Notes: a model not told the origin generated them from the letters alone. DNA of 44,580 bases from Desulfocapsa sp. (GCA_020717925.1 DYDL01000002.1:1-44580); one strand, 5' to 3'. Shown: positions 10,096 to 19,182, numbered from the stretch's first letter. A program made the numbers and translations.

Positions 10096-10114
10096 ATATT
10101 CACAAGGAGCCACC

Positions 10115-11053
10115 ATGGAACTGTTTAACACACTCGGAATCAGCAGCGCCGGCCACCCTACCATTGACTGGGAACTGACCCCCGCCGACACCTTCGGCAC
10201 CTTTGAGAGCTGGGGCGGCCGGGAAAGGGTACGCCATGCCAGCGAACGCTTCTACTACTTTTTCATCAACGGCTGGCAGGATCCGCCCGGCCTCTGCCTC
10301 ATGGAGCGGGGCATCAAATTCGCCCGGGTGCTGGCGGAGATCGACGCGCCCAGGGAACTGCTCGACCGCTGCATGGCCAGGCAAGGCGCGTCGAGCTATA
10401 CGGACAAGAATTTCGCCATTGATGCTGACCTGAAGGAGTGGCTGCAGTCCAACCTCCTGGACCGTTTTGACGCCTCCAAGGTCCATCCGGTCAAGTCCGG
10501 CCTGGAGGAAGAAGTCCAGGAAACAGGCCTGCCACGAGCCACCGCCGCCCTGGCCCCGGTCAAGACCATCGCCCTGCGCCACGCCCCGGCAGTGGTGGCA
10601 ACGGCGGAACTCCCGGAAATCCTTGGGCGCCACAACTTCTTCGACAGCCAGCGCAGGCCTCAGGGCCATTTTATCGGCGCCCTGGTGGACAACGCTGACA
10701 CCCTCACGGTTACGGACCGAGTCACCAGCCTCATGTGGCAGCGGAGCGGCTTTGACATCATGTCGCTAAGGGCCATGAAGAGGCGGATCGAAGCGGCCAA
10801 CGCCAGTCGCCTGGCCGGCCATGGCGACTGGCGGTTGCCCACCGTGGAGGAGGCCCTCTCCCTGATGGCGCCCAAGCCCAATTTCAAAGGCCTCTTCCTG
10901 CATCCCTGCTTTTCCCGGGAGCAGGCCTTCATCTTTACCTCCGACCAGCGCAAGCCTGGCGGTTACTGGTTCGTGGATTTCAAACAGGGCACGGTATTCT
11001 GGGCCTCGGGCACCATCCCGGGCGGCTTCGGCCGACTGGTGCGAGCGGTCTGA
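10115..11053 (+). CDS. Hypothetical protein with C-terminal DUF1566-like domain, no signal peptide
   Basis: The start is ATG 10115, preceded by AAGGAG. 'GHGDWRLPTVEEALSLM' is the DUF1566 (Lcl C-terminal) signature. Confidence 0.65.
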   Translation: MELFNTLGISSAGHPTIDWELTPADTFGTFESWGGRERVRHASERFYYFFINGWQDPPGLCLMERGIKFARVLAEIDAPRELLDRCMARQGASSYTDKNFAIDADLKEWLQSNLLDRFDASKVHPVKSGLEEEVQETGLPRATAALAPVKTIALRHAPAVVATAELPEILGRHNFFDSQRRPQGHFIGALVDNADTLTVTDRVTSLMWQRSGFDIMSLRAMKRRIEAANASRLAGHGDWRLPTVEEALSLMAPKPNFKGLFLHPCFSREQAFIFTSDQRKPGGYWFVDFKQGTVFWASGTIPGGFGRLVRAV

Positions 11054-11063
11054 GCCGCCTGTT

Positions 11064-11576
11064 TCACAGCGGCGGCAGCAGAAACTTCAACGACTCCTTG
11101 CCCGGCCTGCGCTCCACCTTTACCTGTAAGTCCATATCCCCGCTCCTCAGCCCCAGGGCCAGGGTCGTCTTAGCCTTGTCCTCGTCAAGATGGAGTATGC
11201 CCCGCATGATGGCGACCATCTTCTCAAACAGCGGCTGACTTGGGGCGGGCAGGGCCACCTTCTCCTCGCCCTTCACAGTCACCGTCACCTTGCCGTCCTT
11301 GCTCTTGAGACTCAGCTTGGCCGCCTTCTCGGTCACCGCGCACATCAGGGCCAGGGCCAGATACTTGATGCTGTTCTCCTCAAGATCGCCGACGACGCCG
11401 ACCATGTGCTGCAACTCCTTGCGGAATTCGGTCTCCATGTAGCAGTCGCACATTTCCTGCAATTTCAGGTGATAGTTCGGTGCCAAATTCTCCACGCCAT
11501 CCTCCTTTAACTTGCTGATAAGAAACACGAAAGCCTCGCGAGGCAAACAACCCCTTTCTCTGCATACAATGGTCAT
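11064..11576 (-). CDS. Hypothetical protein (170 aa)
   Basis: The ATG at 11576 avoids overlap with the divergent 11692 gene. The C-terminal half 'VTVTVKGEEKVALPAP...LHLDEDKAKTT...DMDLQVKVERRPGKESLKFLL' faintly resembles the N-terminal domain of GspE/PilB ATPases. That resemblance is weak. Confidence 0.45.
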   Translation of the reverse strand: MTIVCRERGCLPREAFVFLISKLKEDGVENLAPNYHLKLQEMCDCYMETEFRKELQHMVGVVGDLEENSIKYLALALMCAVTEKAAKLSLKSKDGKVTVTVKGEEKVALPAPSQPLFEKMVAIMRGILHLDEDKAKTTLALGLRSGDMDLQVKVERRPGKESLKFLLPPL

Positions 11577-11691
11577 TGCCAGGTTGTCAAGAGAATCGGG
11601 CGCCAAGGCGTCCCGGTTGCCACGCACTTTCCCTTGACGCCAGGGAGTGCGACATATAGACTCTGCCAAGCAAAATTTATAAGGATACCCC

Positions 11692-14517
11692 ATGGCCTTT
11701 ATCAACTTTCTGCGCCCCAAATGGCAGTCCAGCAGCGTAGCGGTGCGCCTTGCCGCGGTGCGGGGGCTGTCCATGGCCGACGACCGGGAAACCCTCTGCA
11801 CCGTGCTCCGTGAAGACGATCAGGCCGAGGTCAGGCTGGCTGCCCTGGAAAAGTTCAACACCATCCAGCAGCTTGAGCAATTGACCAGCCTTGACCTGCC
11901 CCCGGACACCCGCCAGGGTGTACGCAATAAAATCAACCAACTGTTGGCCGAGGCCTTGCTGCAAGTCACCGATGCCAATGGTCTGGAGGAAACCCTGCAC
12001 CGCATTGATGACCCAGGGGTGCTCATGACCGTCGCCATTGATGCCACCGCTCCCTCGGTACGGCTGGCGGCCATCCAGGGGATCGATGACCAGGAATTGC
12101 TCTGCGCCATCCTGGAGCAGAACTGCGGCAAACTGCCGGCCCGGGCTGCCTTGGATAAGATCAGCGACGAGACCCTGCTCGCACGGGCTGGTACGCATGC
12201 CTCCAGCCGGACTATCCGCCGGCTGGCCGCCGAAAAGCTGGAGGCCCAACGCACGGCCCTGCTACCGCCTAGCGCCGTGCCGATGGAGCAGGAGGAGGTT
12301 ATGGACCCGACCGCAGCCATAGCGGCCCGCCGGGCGGAGCAGGAGCAGCGCGACCGGGATGAGGCAGCCGCCCAAGCGTACGCCACCGGCCAGACCACCA
12401 TCTGCGCGACCATTGAGGGGCTCGTCGGCTCTATGGCTGCGGACGCCGCTGATCATTTCCAGGCAGCAATGGAGCAATGGCATCAGATGCTCGCCAGCGC
12501 TTCCGCCCCCGTGCCGGAAGCACTGGCCAACCGCTTTGCCGCCGCCTGCCACGGCTTTAAGGAGGCGGCCGCGGCTTTTGGCCGGGAACAAGAAACCCTG
12601 GCCCGCCTGGAGGTGAGCGGCCGGGAAACAGCCGAGCTGCTCTCCTCCGGCCAGCTCGTTGCCGCCGATACGCAACTGGCCCTGGCCGAGAAACGCCTGG
12701 ACGCAGCCACCTTCACCCGCCTCGCGCCGGACGCCACCCGGGCGCGGCTGCAAGCTCTGCGTCAGCAACTGCGAGAGCTGCAGGCAACAGAGGCTGCAAC
12801 CGCGCGCCGCCAGCTTGATGAAAACATCGAGCACCGGCGCGCCATCTGCCAGCAAATCGAGGCCCTGCTTGAGGCTGAAAAGCGCACCTTGGCCGAAAAA
12901 CAAGTGAAGGATCTGCGCGCCGCCTGGGCGGCCCTGCCCGCCTTGGCACCCGGGAGCGCCGCCCCGGAGACAACGCGTTACGAGGCCGCCCTGGCCGCCT
13001 TTCACGAGCGCCAGGAAAAATTCCACCGCGAGCAGGAGTGGCAGCGCTGGGCCAACAAAACCCGGCAAGAGGAACTCTGCGCCGCGGCCGACGCCCTTGA
13101 CCAGGAGAGAGATCTTGCACGGGTGGCAACCGTTATCAAGGATCTCCAGGCCGAGTGGAAAAAGCTCGGCCCGGTCCCCCGGGAGGCGGCGCAGCCCCTC
13201 TGGGAGCATTTTCGTGGCGCCTGTGACCGTAATTTTATCCGCTGCACCCCCTATTTCGAGGCCCAGGATCAACTTCGCGTCGCCAGCCTGGAGCGCAAGG
13301 AGGCCATCTGTCAGGAGGCCGCGGCCCTGGCCGACTCCTTGGCATGGCGCAAGGGTGCCGACCAGCTCAAGGCCCTGCAGGGTGAGTGGAAGGGGTTGCC
13401 CTTCACCACCCGCAAAGAGGAAGATCCCCTCTACACGCGCTTCCGCGCCGCTTGCGACACCTTCTTTGCCCGCCGCCAGGCCCATTACCGCGAACTGGAG
13501 CAGGAACAGCGGGCCAATTGCGAGCAGAAAATCAAACTTTGCGAGGCAGCCGAGGCCCTGGCGGATGCACCGGTCTGGCAGCACAGCAAAAACCTCCGCG
13601 AACTGCAGGAACTCTGGAAAGGCATCGGCCACGCACCCCGTGAACAGGATCAGCAGCTCTGGGAACGCTTCCGGGGTGCCTGCGACCGATTCTTCGCCTG
13701 GATCGACGCCCAGCGTCAAGAAAATCTGGCCGCCAAGGAACGGCTTTGCCAGGAGGTGGCGGCGCTGACGGCCACGGCTTCCGCCAGCGCCGATCTGGAC
13801 AAGGTGGCGGCCCGGTTGCACGAAATGCAGAAAGAGTGGAAGGAGTTGGGCCCGGTGCCCAACGAGGTGCGGGAAGAAATCTGGGCGCGCTTTCACCAGC
13901 CCTGCGAGGCCTTTTTTCTGGACCGCCAACAGCAGCACGCCCAACAGGACCAGGAGCGCCAGGCCAACCTGGAGCAGAAGGAGGCCATCCTGCGCCAGGC
14001 CGAGGAGCTGGTCCAGGGCGACGCCAAGGAGGGTGCGGATCGGTTGCGGGAGTTGCAGCGTAAGTGGCGGGCCAACGGCCCGGCCCCCCGCCAGGCGGAG
14101 CAGGCCTTGAATCGCTCTTTCCAGGCCCTGTGCGATGGCTTCTTCAAAGACCGTCATCACCATTATGAACAGTCCAAAGCCGAGCGGTTCGCCAATCTCA
14201 AGCAGAAGGAGGCCCTCCTGCTGCAGCTCGAAAATCTGGTAGGCGTGGCCCCCGCGGTCGCGTCTTTGCCGCGGGCAGACCCGGCCCTCTCCCTGGCCGA
14301 ACGTTTCCGGCTGGCGCGCGAGGCCAACTTCGTGCTGGCCGGCAAGCGTCACGACCGCACGTGGCAGAAGGAAGAGGTTGCCCGCTTGCAGCAGGAATGG
14401 AAAAAGATCGGCCCAGTGCCGCGCGAGCATGACAAGCCCCTCTGGGACCGCTACAAGCAGGCTCTGGACGCCTTTCACCAGGCCAGTGGGAGCAAAAAAC
14501 CAGGCAACGGGGCATAG
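11692..14517 (+). CDS. DUF349 repeat protein (941 aa)
   Basis: At least six repeats of the DUF349 signature, for example 'EWKKLGPVPREAAQPLWEHFRGACDRNF', 'LWKGIGHAPREQDQQLWERFRGACDRFF' and 'EWKKIGPVPREHDKPLWDRYKQALDAFH'. Confidence 0.85.
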   Translation: MAFINFLRPKWQSSSVAVRLAAVRGLSMADDRETLCTVLREDDQAEVRLAALEKFNTIQQLEQLTSLDLPPDTRQGVRNKINQLLAEALLQVTDANGLEETLHRIDDPGVLMTVAIDATAPSVRLAAIQGIDDQELLCAILEQNCGKLPARAALDKISDETLLARAGTHASSRTIRRLAAEKLEAQRTALLPPSAVPMEQEEVMDPTAAIAARRAEQEQRDRDEAAAQAYATGQTTICATIEGLVGSMAADAADHFQAAMEQWHQMLASASAPVPEALANRFAAACHGFKEAAAAFGREQETLARLEVSGRETAELLSSGQLVAADTQLALAEKRLDAATFTRLAPDATRARLQALRQQLRELQATEAATARRQLDENIEHRRAICQQIEALLEAEKRTLAEKQVKDLRAAWAALPALAPGSAAPETTRYEAALAAFHERQEKFHREQEWQRWANKTRQEELCAAADALDQERDLARVATVIKDLQAEWKKLGPVPREAAQPLWEHFRGACDRNFIRCTPYFEAQDQLRVASLERKEAICQEAAALADSLAWRKGADQLKALQGEWKGLPFTTRKEEDPLYTRFRAACDTFFARRQAHYRELEQEQRANCEQKIKLCEAAEALADAPVWQHSKNLRELQELWKGIGHAPREQDQQLWERFRGACDRFFAWIDAQRQENLAAKERLCQEVAALTATASASADLDKVAARLHEMQKEWKELGPVPNEVREEIWARFHQPCEAFFLDRQQQHAQQDQERQANLEQKEAILRQAEELVQGDAKEGADRLRELQRKWRANGPAPRQAEQALNRSFQALCDGFFKDRHHHYEQSKAERFANLKQKEALLLQLENLVGVAPAVASLPRADPALSLAERFRLAREANFVLAGKRHDRTWQKEEVARLQQEWKKIGPVPREHDKPLWDRYKQALDAFHQASGSKKPGNGA

Positions 14518-14519
14518 CG

Positions 14520-14741
14520 ATGACCGACCACGGCCAGGAGCCCATCTGTTACTGCTTCGGCTTCACGGCCGAGGATATCCGGTGCGACTTGGCGGAACAC
14601 GGCCGCTCGCGCATCCTGGAAAAAATATGCACGGAGAAACGCCAGGGCCACTGCCAGTGCGCCAGCAAGAACCCCTCGGGCCGCTGATGCCTTACCGCGG
14701 TCCGCCGGGTGGTGGACGAGGCGCGACGACGAACGAGTTGA
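14520..14741 (+). CDS. Small Cys-rich metal-binding-type protein, candidate selenoprotein (in-frame UGA at 14685-14687)
   Basis: The ATG lies 2 nt (14518-14519) after the DUF349 stop codon (TAG 14515-14517). Translation: MTDHGQEPICYCFGFTAEDIRCDLAEHGRSRILEKICTEKRQGHCQCASKNPSGR-U-CLTAVRRVVDEARRRTS*. A SECIS-like hairpin follows the UGA. If the UGA is a true stop, the product is 55 aa (14520-14687). Confidence 0.55.
14696..14725 (+). promoter_or_regulatory. SECIS-like hairpin downstream of UGA 14685
   Basis: The stem gtccgcc/ggtggac (14700-14706 with 14711-14717, one G-U pair) closes a GGGU loop at 14707-14710. A lower cgcg/cgcg stem sits at 14696-14699 and 14722-14725. The loop starts 22 nt after the U of UGA, the same spacing as in selD. 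Confidence 0.5.
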
Positions 14742-14817
14742 CAACCGGCGGCTAGCGCCGACCTTAACAAACCCCTTTGGTTATTACTTCAACCCCTAGA
14801 CTAGCAAGGAGATTGGC

Positions 14818-15636
14818 ATGAAAATATTCATCGACAGCGCGGACCTGGACGAGATCAAGCAGGCCTATGCCTGGGGGGTGGCGGACGGCGTCACCACCAA
14901 CCCCTCCCTGCTTAAGATGGCGGTAGAGAAGAGGGTGGCCAAGGGCAAGAAGCTCGACCTCAAAACCTACATCATGCAGATCCTCGAAACCGCCGGTGGC
15001 ACGCCGGTGAGCCTGGAGGTCACCAAGACCACGGCCAGCACCATGATCACCCAGGGCAAGAAGCTCTTCAAGCTCTTCAACCCGGTTGCCGGCAACGTTT
15101 ACATCAAGATCCCGGTCAACCCCGCCTTCAAGGCCAAGGACAAGAGCCACTTCGACGGCATCGCCGCCATCCGCGAACTGGCCCGTTGCGGCATTCCCAC
15201 CAACTGCACCCTGATCTTCACCCCGGAGCAGGCCCTGCTGGCCGCCAAGGCGGGCGCCGGCTTCGTCAGCCCCTTTGCCGGCCGCATCGACGACGACCTG
15301 CGCGGCTCGGCCAACCTCAAATTCGACAAGACCGCCTACTTTCCCGAGGACGGCATGGAGATCGACGGTGAAGTGCTGCACGACAACGGCATCGTCTCGG
15401 GCATCGACCTGGTGGCCCAGTGCGTGGAACTCCTGCAGGGCTACGGTTTGGACACCGAGGTACTGGCGGCCTCCCTGCGCAACACCCGCCAGGTGCGCGA
15501 GGCCGCCCTGGTGGGCGCCGACATCGCCACCCTGCCCATCGGTGTTATCGCCGACATGTTGACCCACCACAAGACCAGCGAGGGCATGGAAAAGTTCACC
15601 GCCGACATCGTGCCGGAGTACGAAGCGCTGACCTGA
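14818..15636 (+). CDS. tal: Transaldolase / fructose-6-phosphate aldolase family protein (long form)
   Basis: Contains 'MKIFIDSADLDEIKQAYAWGVADGVTTNPSL', 'YIKIP' and 'NCTLIFTPEQALLAAKAGAGFVSPFAGRIDD'. Confidence 0.85.
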   Translation: MKIFIDSADLDEIKQAYAWGVADGVTTNPSLLKMAVEKRVAKGKKLDLKTYIMQILETAGGTPVSLEVTKTTASTMITQGKKLFKLFNPVAGNVYIKIPVNPAFKAKDKSHFDGIAAIRELARCGIPTNCTLIFTPEQALLAAKAGAGFVSPFAGRIDDDLRGSANLKFDKTAYFPEDGMEIDGEVLHDNGIVSGIDLVAQCVELLQGYGLDTEVLAASLRNTRQVREAALVGADIATLPIGVIADMLTHHKTSEGMEKFTADIVPEYEALT

Positions 15637-15675
15637 ACGCCAGGGGCAGAGGGGTAAAGCTCTAAGTAGCAAATC

Positions 15676-15996
15676 ATGAAAGCTCGATTTTTCCTCAGCC
15701 CGATGCACCCCAGGCCCATGGCTAAGCGCGCGCGTTGCTTGCTCGCGCTTAGCCTGGCATTGCTGACGCTCTTTGCCATAATCTCCAGCAATCTCCACCA
15801 CCACAACGACTTGGCCGAACATCCAGACTGCGTTGTCTGCGATTTCACCCACCACGCCAAAACCACGGCACTGACCAGCCCGACGCCTGGCGCCGTCATC
15901 CTGTTGTTCCTCTCCGTAGTGTTCACCCTGCCGCTCCTGACCGCTCCGCTGGTCAGAACCTCCTTGCTGCTGCCCAGCCGCGCCCCCCCGCAGTGA
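15676..15996 (+). CDS. Small membrane protein with His/Cys-rich loop (putative metal-binding, DUF2946-like)
   Basis: A hydrophobic segment is followed by 'HHHNDLAEHPDCVVCDFTHH' and then a second hydrophobic segment. It is the first gene of the OMP-ZnuA-ZnuB-like cluster. The start codon is uncertain. Confidence 0.5.
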   Translation: MKARFFLSPMHPRPMAKRARCLLALSLALLTLFAIISSNLHHHNDLAEHPDCVVCDFTHHAKTTALTSPTPGAVILLFLSVVFTLPLLTAPLVRTSLLLPSRAPPQ

Positions 15997-16089
15997 CCTC
16001 CTCCATCAGTTGACCATTTGGGGCAATTCGCGTTGCCCCGCCAATCGGTATTCCCTTTTGCGCATATCATGCGCCAACGGAGGTTTTCC

Positions 16090-17436
16090 ATGCGGAGATC
16101 CGTTTTCCTGACGATCCTGTATCTCGCCGTCGTTACACCTTTTTTTCAGGCCCATGCCGCCGACAATATAGCGGCGCGGCTCAACACCCTGGAGACCGAA
16201 CTCGGCCGCCAGAGCGAAATCATCCGACAACAGCAGCAGACCATTAACTCGTTGCAACAAGAACTGACCGAGATGAAGACCCCGGAAGTCCAGCCGGCTC
16301 GGCAAAGTGCTCCGCCGCTGAACGCGGGAATAAGCGGCCTTTTCGGCGCCAGCGCGCTTACCAACCCGAATATCTCCCTGGTACTCGACACCTTTGCCTA
16401 CACCTCGGACCTTACGACCGATGAGCTCGAAAACCGGGGCATCCCGGGATACACGACCAGCGGCCTGGAGCAGCGTAACGGCTTCAACCTGAGGGCGGCG
16501 GAACTTTTTCTTTTTGCCCCGGTCGACCCCTATTTCAACCTCTACGCCGCCCTGCCCGTCACCGAAGAGGGAGTCGAGCTGGAAGAGGTCTATGCCGTAA
16601 CCACCGCCCTGGCCGAGGGGTGGCAGGTCAAAGGCGGTAAGTTCAAGAGCAATTTCAGCCGGCTGGATGCCCAACACCCCCACGCCTGGGATTTTTACGA
16701 TATCGCCCTGCCGTACCGGGCCTTGCTGGGAGACGAGGGGCTGGGGGGCGAAAAAGGGGTGCAGCTCACCTGGCTCCCCGCCTGGCCCATCTACACCCAG
16801 TTCGGCGCCGAGGTGTTCCAGGGAGAGAATGACCTCCTGTTCGGCGCGGATGCCGGTTCCGGCCCCCACGCCTGCTCGCTTTTCGTCAAGAGCTCGGTCG
16901 ATACCACGGACAACTCCACCCTCTATTTCGGCCCTTCGGTGTTGTTCGGCAAGACGCGCAACAGCACCGTCGTCGCTGGCGCCGAGTTTGATGGCGACAG
17001 CGCCCTCTACGGGCTGGAGGCGGTCTGGAAGTGGAAACCGACCAACAGCCAGAAGGTGACCCTGCAGAGCGAATACCTCTACTTGGACCAGGACGGCACC
17101 CTGACCGATGCCGAGACAGCCCAAGCCGACGCCCTGTGCCGGCGCCAGGACGGCTTCTATGTCCAGGGTATCTACCAGTGGCAACGCTGGCGGTTCGGCG
17201 TCCGCTACGACATGCTGGAGCTGTTCGCCGATAGCTTCGAAAGGGCGGGCCAGGAGCAGGATATGGGCGCAACGCCCTGGCGCGCGACTGGGGCCATCGA
17301 GCACAACCTGTCCGAGTTTACCCGTATCCGGCTCCAATACAACCACGACCGCTCCAGCCGGGATGACCGCGGCAACGACGAAGCGATCCTGCAATTCCTT
17401 TACGGTATCGGCGCCCATGCCGGCCACTCATTCTAG
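16090..17436 (+). CDS. Putative outer-membrane beta-barrel protein with N-terminal coiled coil
   Basis: ATG 16090 follows GGAGG. There is a signal peptide 'MRRSVFLTILYLAVVTPFFQAHA', a coiled-coil segment 'LETELGRQSEIIRQQQQTINSLQQELTEMK', an alternating beta-strand-like body and a C-terminal '...HAGHSF'. Confidence 0.6.
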   Translation: MRRSVFLTILYLAVVTPFFQAHAADNIAARLNTLETELGRQSEIIRQQQQTINSLQQELTEMKTPEVQPARQSAPPLNAGISGLFGASALTNPNISLVLDTFAYTSDLTTDELENRGIPGYTTSGLEQRNGFNLRAAELFLFAPVDPYFNLYAALPVTEEGVELEEVYAVTTALAEGWQVKGGKFKSNFSRLDAQHPHAWDFYDIALPYRALLGDEGLGGEKGVQLTWLPAWPIYTQFGAEVFQGENDLLFGADAGSGPHACSLFVKSSVDTTDNSTLYFGPSVLFGKTRNSTVVAGAEFDGDSALYGLEAVWKWKPTNSQKVTLQSEYLYLDQDGTLTDAETAQADALCRRQDGFYVQGIYQWQRWRFGVRYDMLELFADSFERAGQEQDMGATPWRATGAIEHNLSEFTRIRLQYNHDRSSRDDRGNDEAILQFLYGIGAHAGHSF

Positions 17437-17447
17437 GAGGTTACGCC

Positions 17448-18329
17448 ATGCGAAAAATAATTCTTGGCTTGTTCCTGTTACTGTTTTTAGCCACCCCGGC
17501 CCTGGCCGAGCTCAACGTCGTCGCCACCCTGCCCTGGATCGGCAGCCTGGCCCAAACCTTAGGCGGCGACAAGATAACCGTAACCACCCTGCTGAAGCCG
17601 AACCATGACCCGCATCTGGTCGAGGCCAAACCGAGCATGATCCTCGCCGGGCGTAAGGCCGATCTCATCATGTACAACGGCCTCGATTTGGAGATCGGCT
17701 ATCTGCCGCTGATCCTCGAATCGGCCAGGAATCCCAGGATCCTCCCCGGCCAGCCCGGCAACTTCGACTGTTCGCGGTTCGTGCAGGCCATCGACAAGCC
17801 CACGGCGGTCGACCGCGGCCTGGGGGATGTCCATCCGTTGGGCAATCCCCACTACCACTTCTCCCCGTCCAATATTAAACAGGTGGCCGCGGGGATGACC
17901 GACACCCTGGCCGCGATGGACAGCGCCAATGCCGATTACTATCGCCAAAATTTCAAGGCATTTTCAACGAAGTTCGCGCAAAAAGAAAAGGAGTGGCAGA
18001 CCCTTGGCCTGCAAGGGAAGAGGTTTGTCGCCTACCATAAGCTGTTCGAGTATCTGGCGCCCGGATTCGGGCTTGCATTTGTTGGCTACATCGAGCCCAA
18101 ACCCGGCATCCCGCCTTCGGCCGCCCATGTCGAGGGGCTGATTAAAGGCATGCGGGACAACAAACCGAACGGCATTCTCACCACCAATTATTACGGCAAA
18201 AAAGAGTCTGAGTCGATCGGCGAGAAGAGCGGCGTCAAGGTCATCCTCCTGCCCGGAGACGTCGGCTCCATGGCGGGGACGGACGACTGGTTCGCCTTCA
18301 TGGATACGGTTCTGACCGCACTCAAGTAG
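17448..18329 (+). CDS. Metal ABC transporter substrate-binding protein (ZnuA/TroA family)
   Basis: Signal peptide 'MRKIILGLFLLLFLATPALA'. Also 'DPHLVEAKPS', 'GDVHPLGNPHYHFSP' and the general cluster-9 SBP layout. Confidence 0.8.
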   Translation: MRKIILGLFLLLFLATPALAELNVVATLPWIGSLAQTLGGDKITVTTLLKPNHDPHLVEAKPSMILAGRKADLIMYNGLDLEIGYLPLILESARNPRILPGQPGNFDCSRFVQAIDKPTAVDRGLGDVHPLGNPHYHFSPSNIKQVAAGMTDTLAAMDSANADYYRQNFKAFSTKFAQKEKEWQTLGLQGKRFVAYHKLFEYLAPGFGLAFVGYIEPKPGIPPSAAHVEGLIKGMRDNKPNGILTTNYYGKKESESIGEKSGVKVILLPGDVGSMAGTDDWFAFMDTVLTALK

Positions 18330-18390
18330 GCCCTGACCCCGGCAGCCCCACGACCTCGGGGCTGTCGGGGCAATTCATCAAGGAAGAATT

Positions 18391-19182
18391 ATGGAAACCC
18401 TCAACTTTCTCTTCTTTCCCTTCCTGGCGTGCCTGCTGCTGATCGCCATTCACGCCTATTTCGGTATCCACATTCTGGAACGTGGGATCATCTTCGTCGA
18501 CCTCGCCCTGGCCCAGTTCATCGGCATCGGCATCGCGCTGGCGTTCGTGCTGGGCGAGGAGAAAAGTGCTCCACTTTCCCTGTTCTTTGCCTTCCTGGGG
18601 GCCTTTATCCTCTCGCTCTCCAAGCAGGCGGCCCGCCATGTGAACATCGAGGCCTTCATCGGTGTTCTTTACATCTTCTCCTATTCGGTCAGCATCCTGA
18701 TCCTCGACCACAGCCCCCACGGCATTGAGGAGTTCAAGGCGATCATGAACGGCAATATCATCTGGGTGACGCCCAAGGAGGTTCTTTATACCTTTCTCAT
18801 CTACGCGGCAGTGGGGATCTTGCACTTCCTGTTCCGCAAACAGTTCTTTGCGCTCTCCTTTGAAAAGAGGGGCGGCTTGCCGATGGAGTTTCTCTTCTTT
18901 GCCAGCTTCGCCGTTGTGCTGGTAAAATCGGTGGCCATGGCCGGCATCCTCCAGGTCTTCTCGTTTCTCATCATCCCGGCCCTGATCGGCCGGCTATTTT
19001 TCAAGAAGCCGTTACAGATGCTCCTGACCGGCTGGCTCGCGGGGGTTCTGGTTACCATGGGGGGAATTTTCGCCTCGCTCAAGCTGGATATCCCCACCTC
19101 GTCGGCCATCGTGGCGGGGCTCGCCCTGATGTTTTTCCTTTTGCTCACGGTCAAGGCCTTAACCGGGGCAACCCGACGATGA
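18391..19182 (+). CDS. Metal ABC transporter permease (ABC-3, ZnuB/TroC-like)
   Basis: 263 aa and polytopic. 'HAYFGIHILERGIIFVDLALAQ' is typical of ABC-3 permeases. Confidence 0.8.
   Translation: METLNFLFFPFLACLLLIAIHAYFGIHILERGIIFVDLALAQFIGIGIALAFVLGEEKSAPLSLFFAFLGAFILSLSKQAARHVNIEAFIGVLYIFSYSVSILILDHSPHGIEEFKAIMNGNIIWVTPKEVLYTFLIYAAVGILHFLFRKQFFALSFEKRGGLPMEFLFFASFAVVLVKSVAMAGILQVFSFLIIPALIGRLFFKKPLQMLLTGWLAGVLVTMGGIFASLKLDIPTSSAIVAGLALMFFLLLTVKALTGATRR

Noticed and set aside
10016-10114. N-terminal extensions in the ORF track: 10016 for the DUF1566 gene, 11801 for the 170-aa gene, 16018 for the OMP, 19830 for PilZ, 24947 for mutS, 25390 for yfcE-like, 3135 for the HD partner, 30602 for the hydrolase, 39752 for the transporter and 41813 for the EF-hand protein.
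   Set aside because: In each case an internal ATG or GTG has a proper RBS, a family-typical N-terminus or signal peptide, or a stop-start overlap. The extension would also overlap a neighbouring gene or promoter.
12262-14478. 738-aa ORF antisense to the DUF349 gene. Similar long antisense ORFs include 4365-5483, 5766-6540, 6447-7577, 8599-9417, 14764-15855, 16006-17427, 20466-21533, 23700-24722, 28049-29155, 28228-29148, 29145-30080, 31175-32266, 32130-33017, 33129-34169, 34203-35780, 36291-37454, 37533-38228, 38709-39422 and 39749-40411.
   Set aside because: These are shadow ORFs opposite, or out of frame with, genes that have unmistakable family motifs. Their translations are low-complexity and rich in G, A, R, P, L and H, as expected for stop-poor frames in GC-rich DNA.
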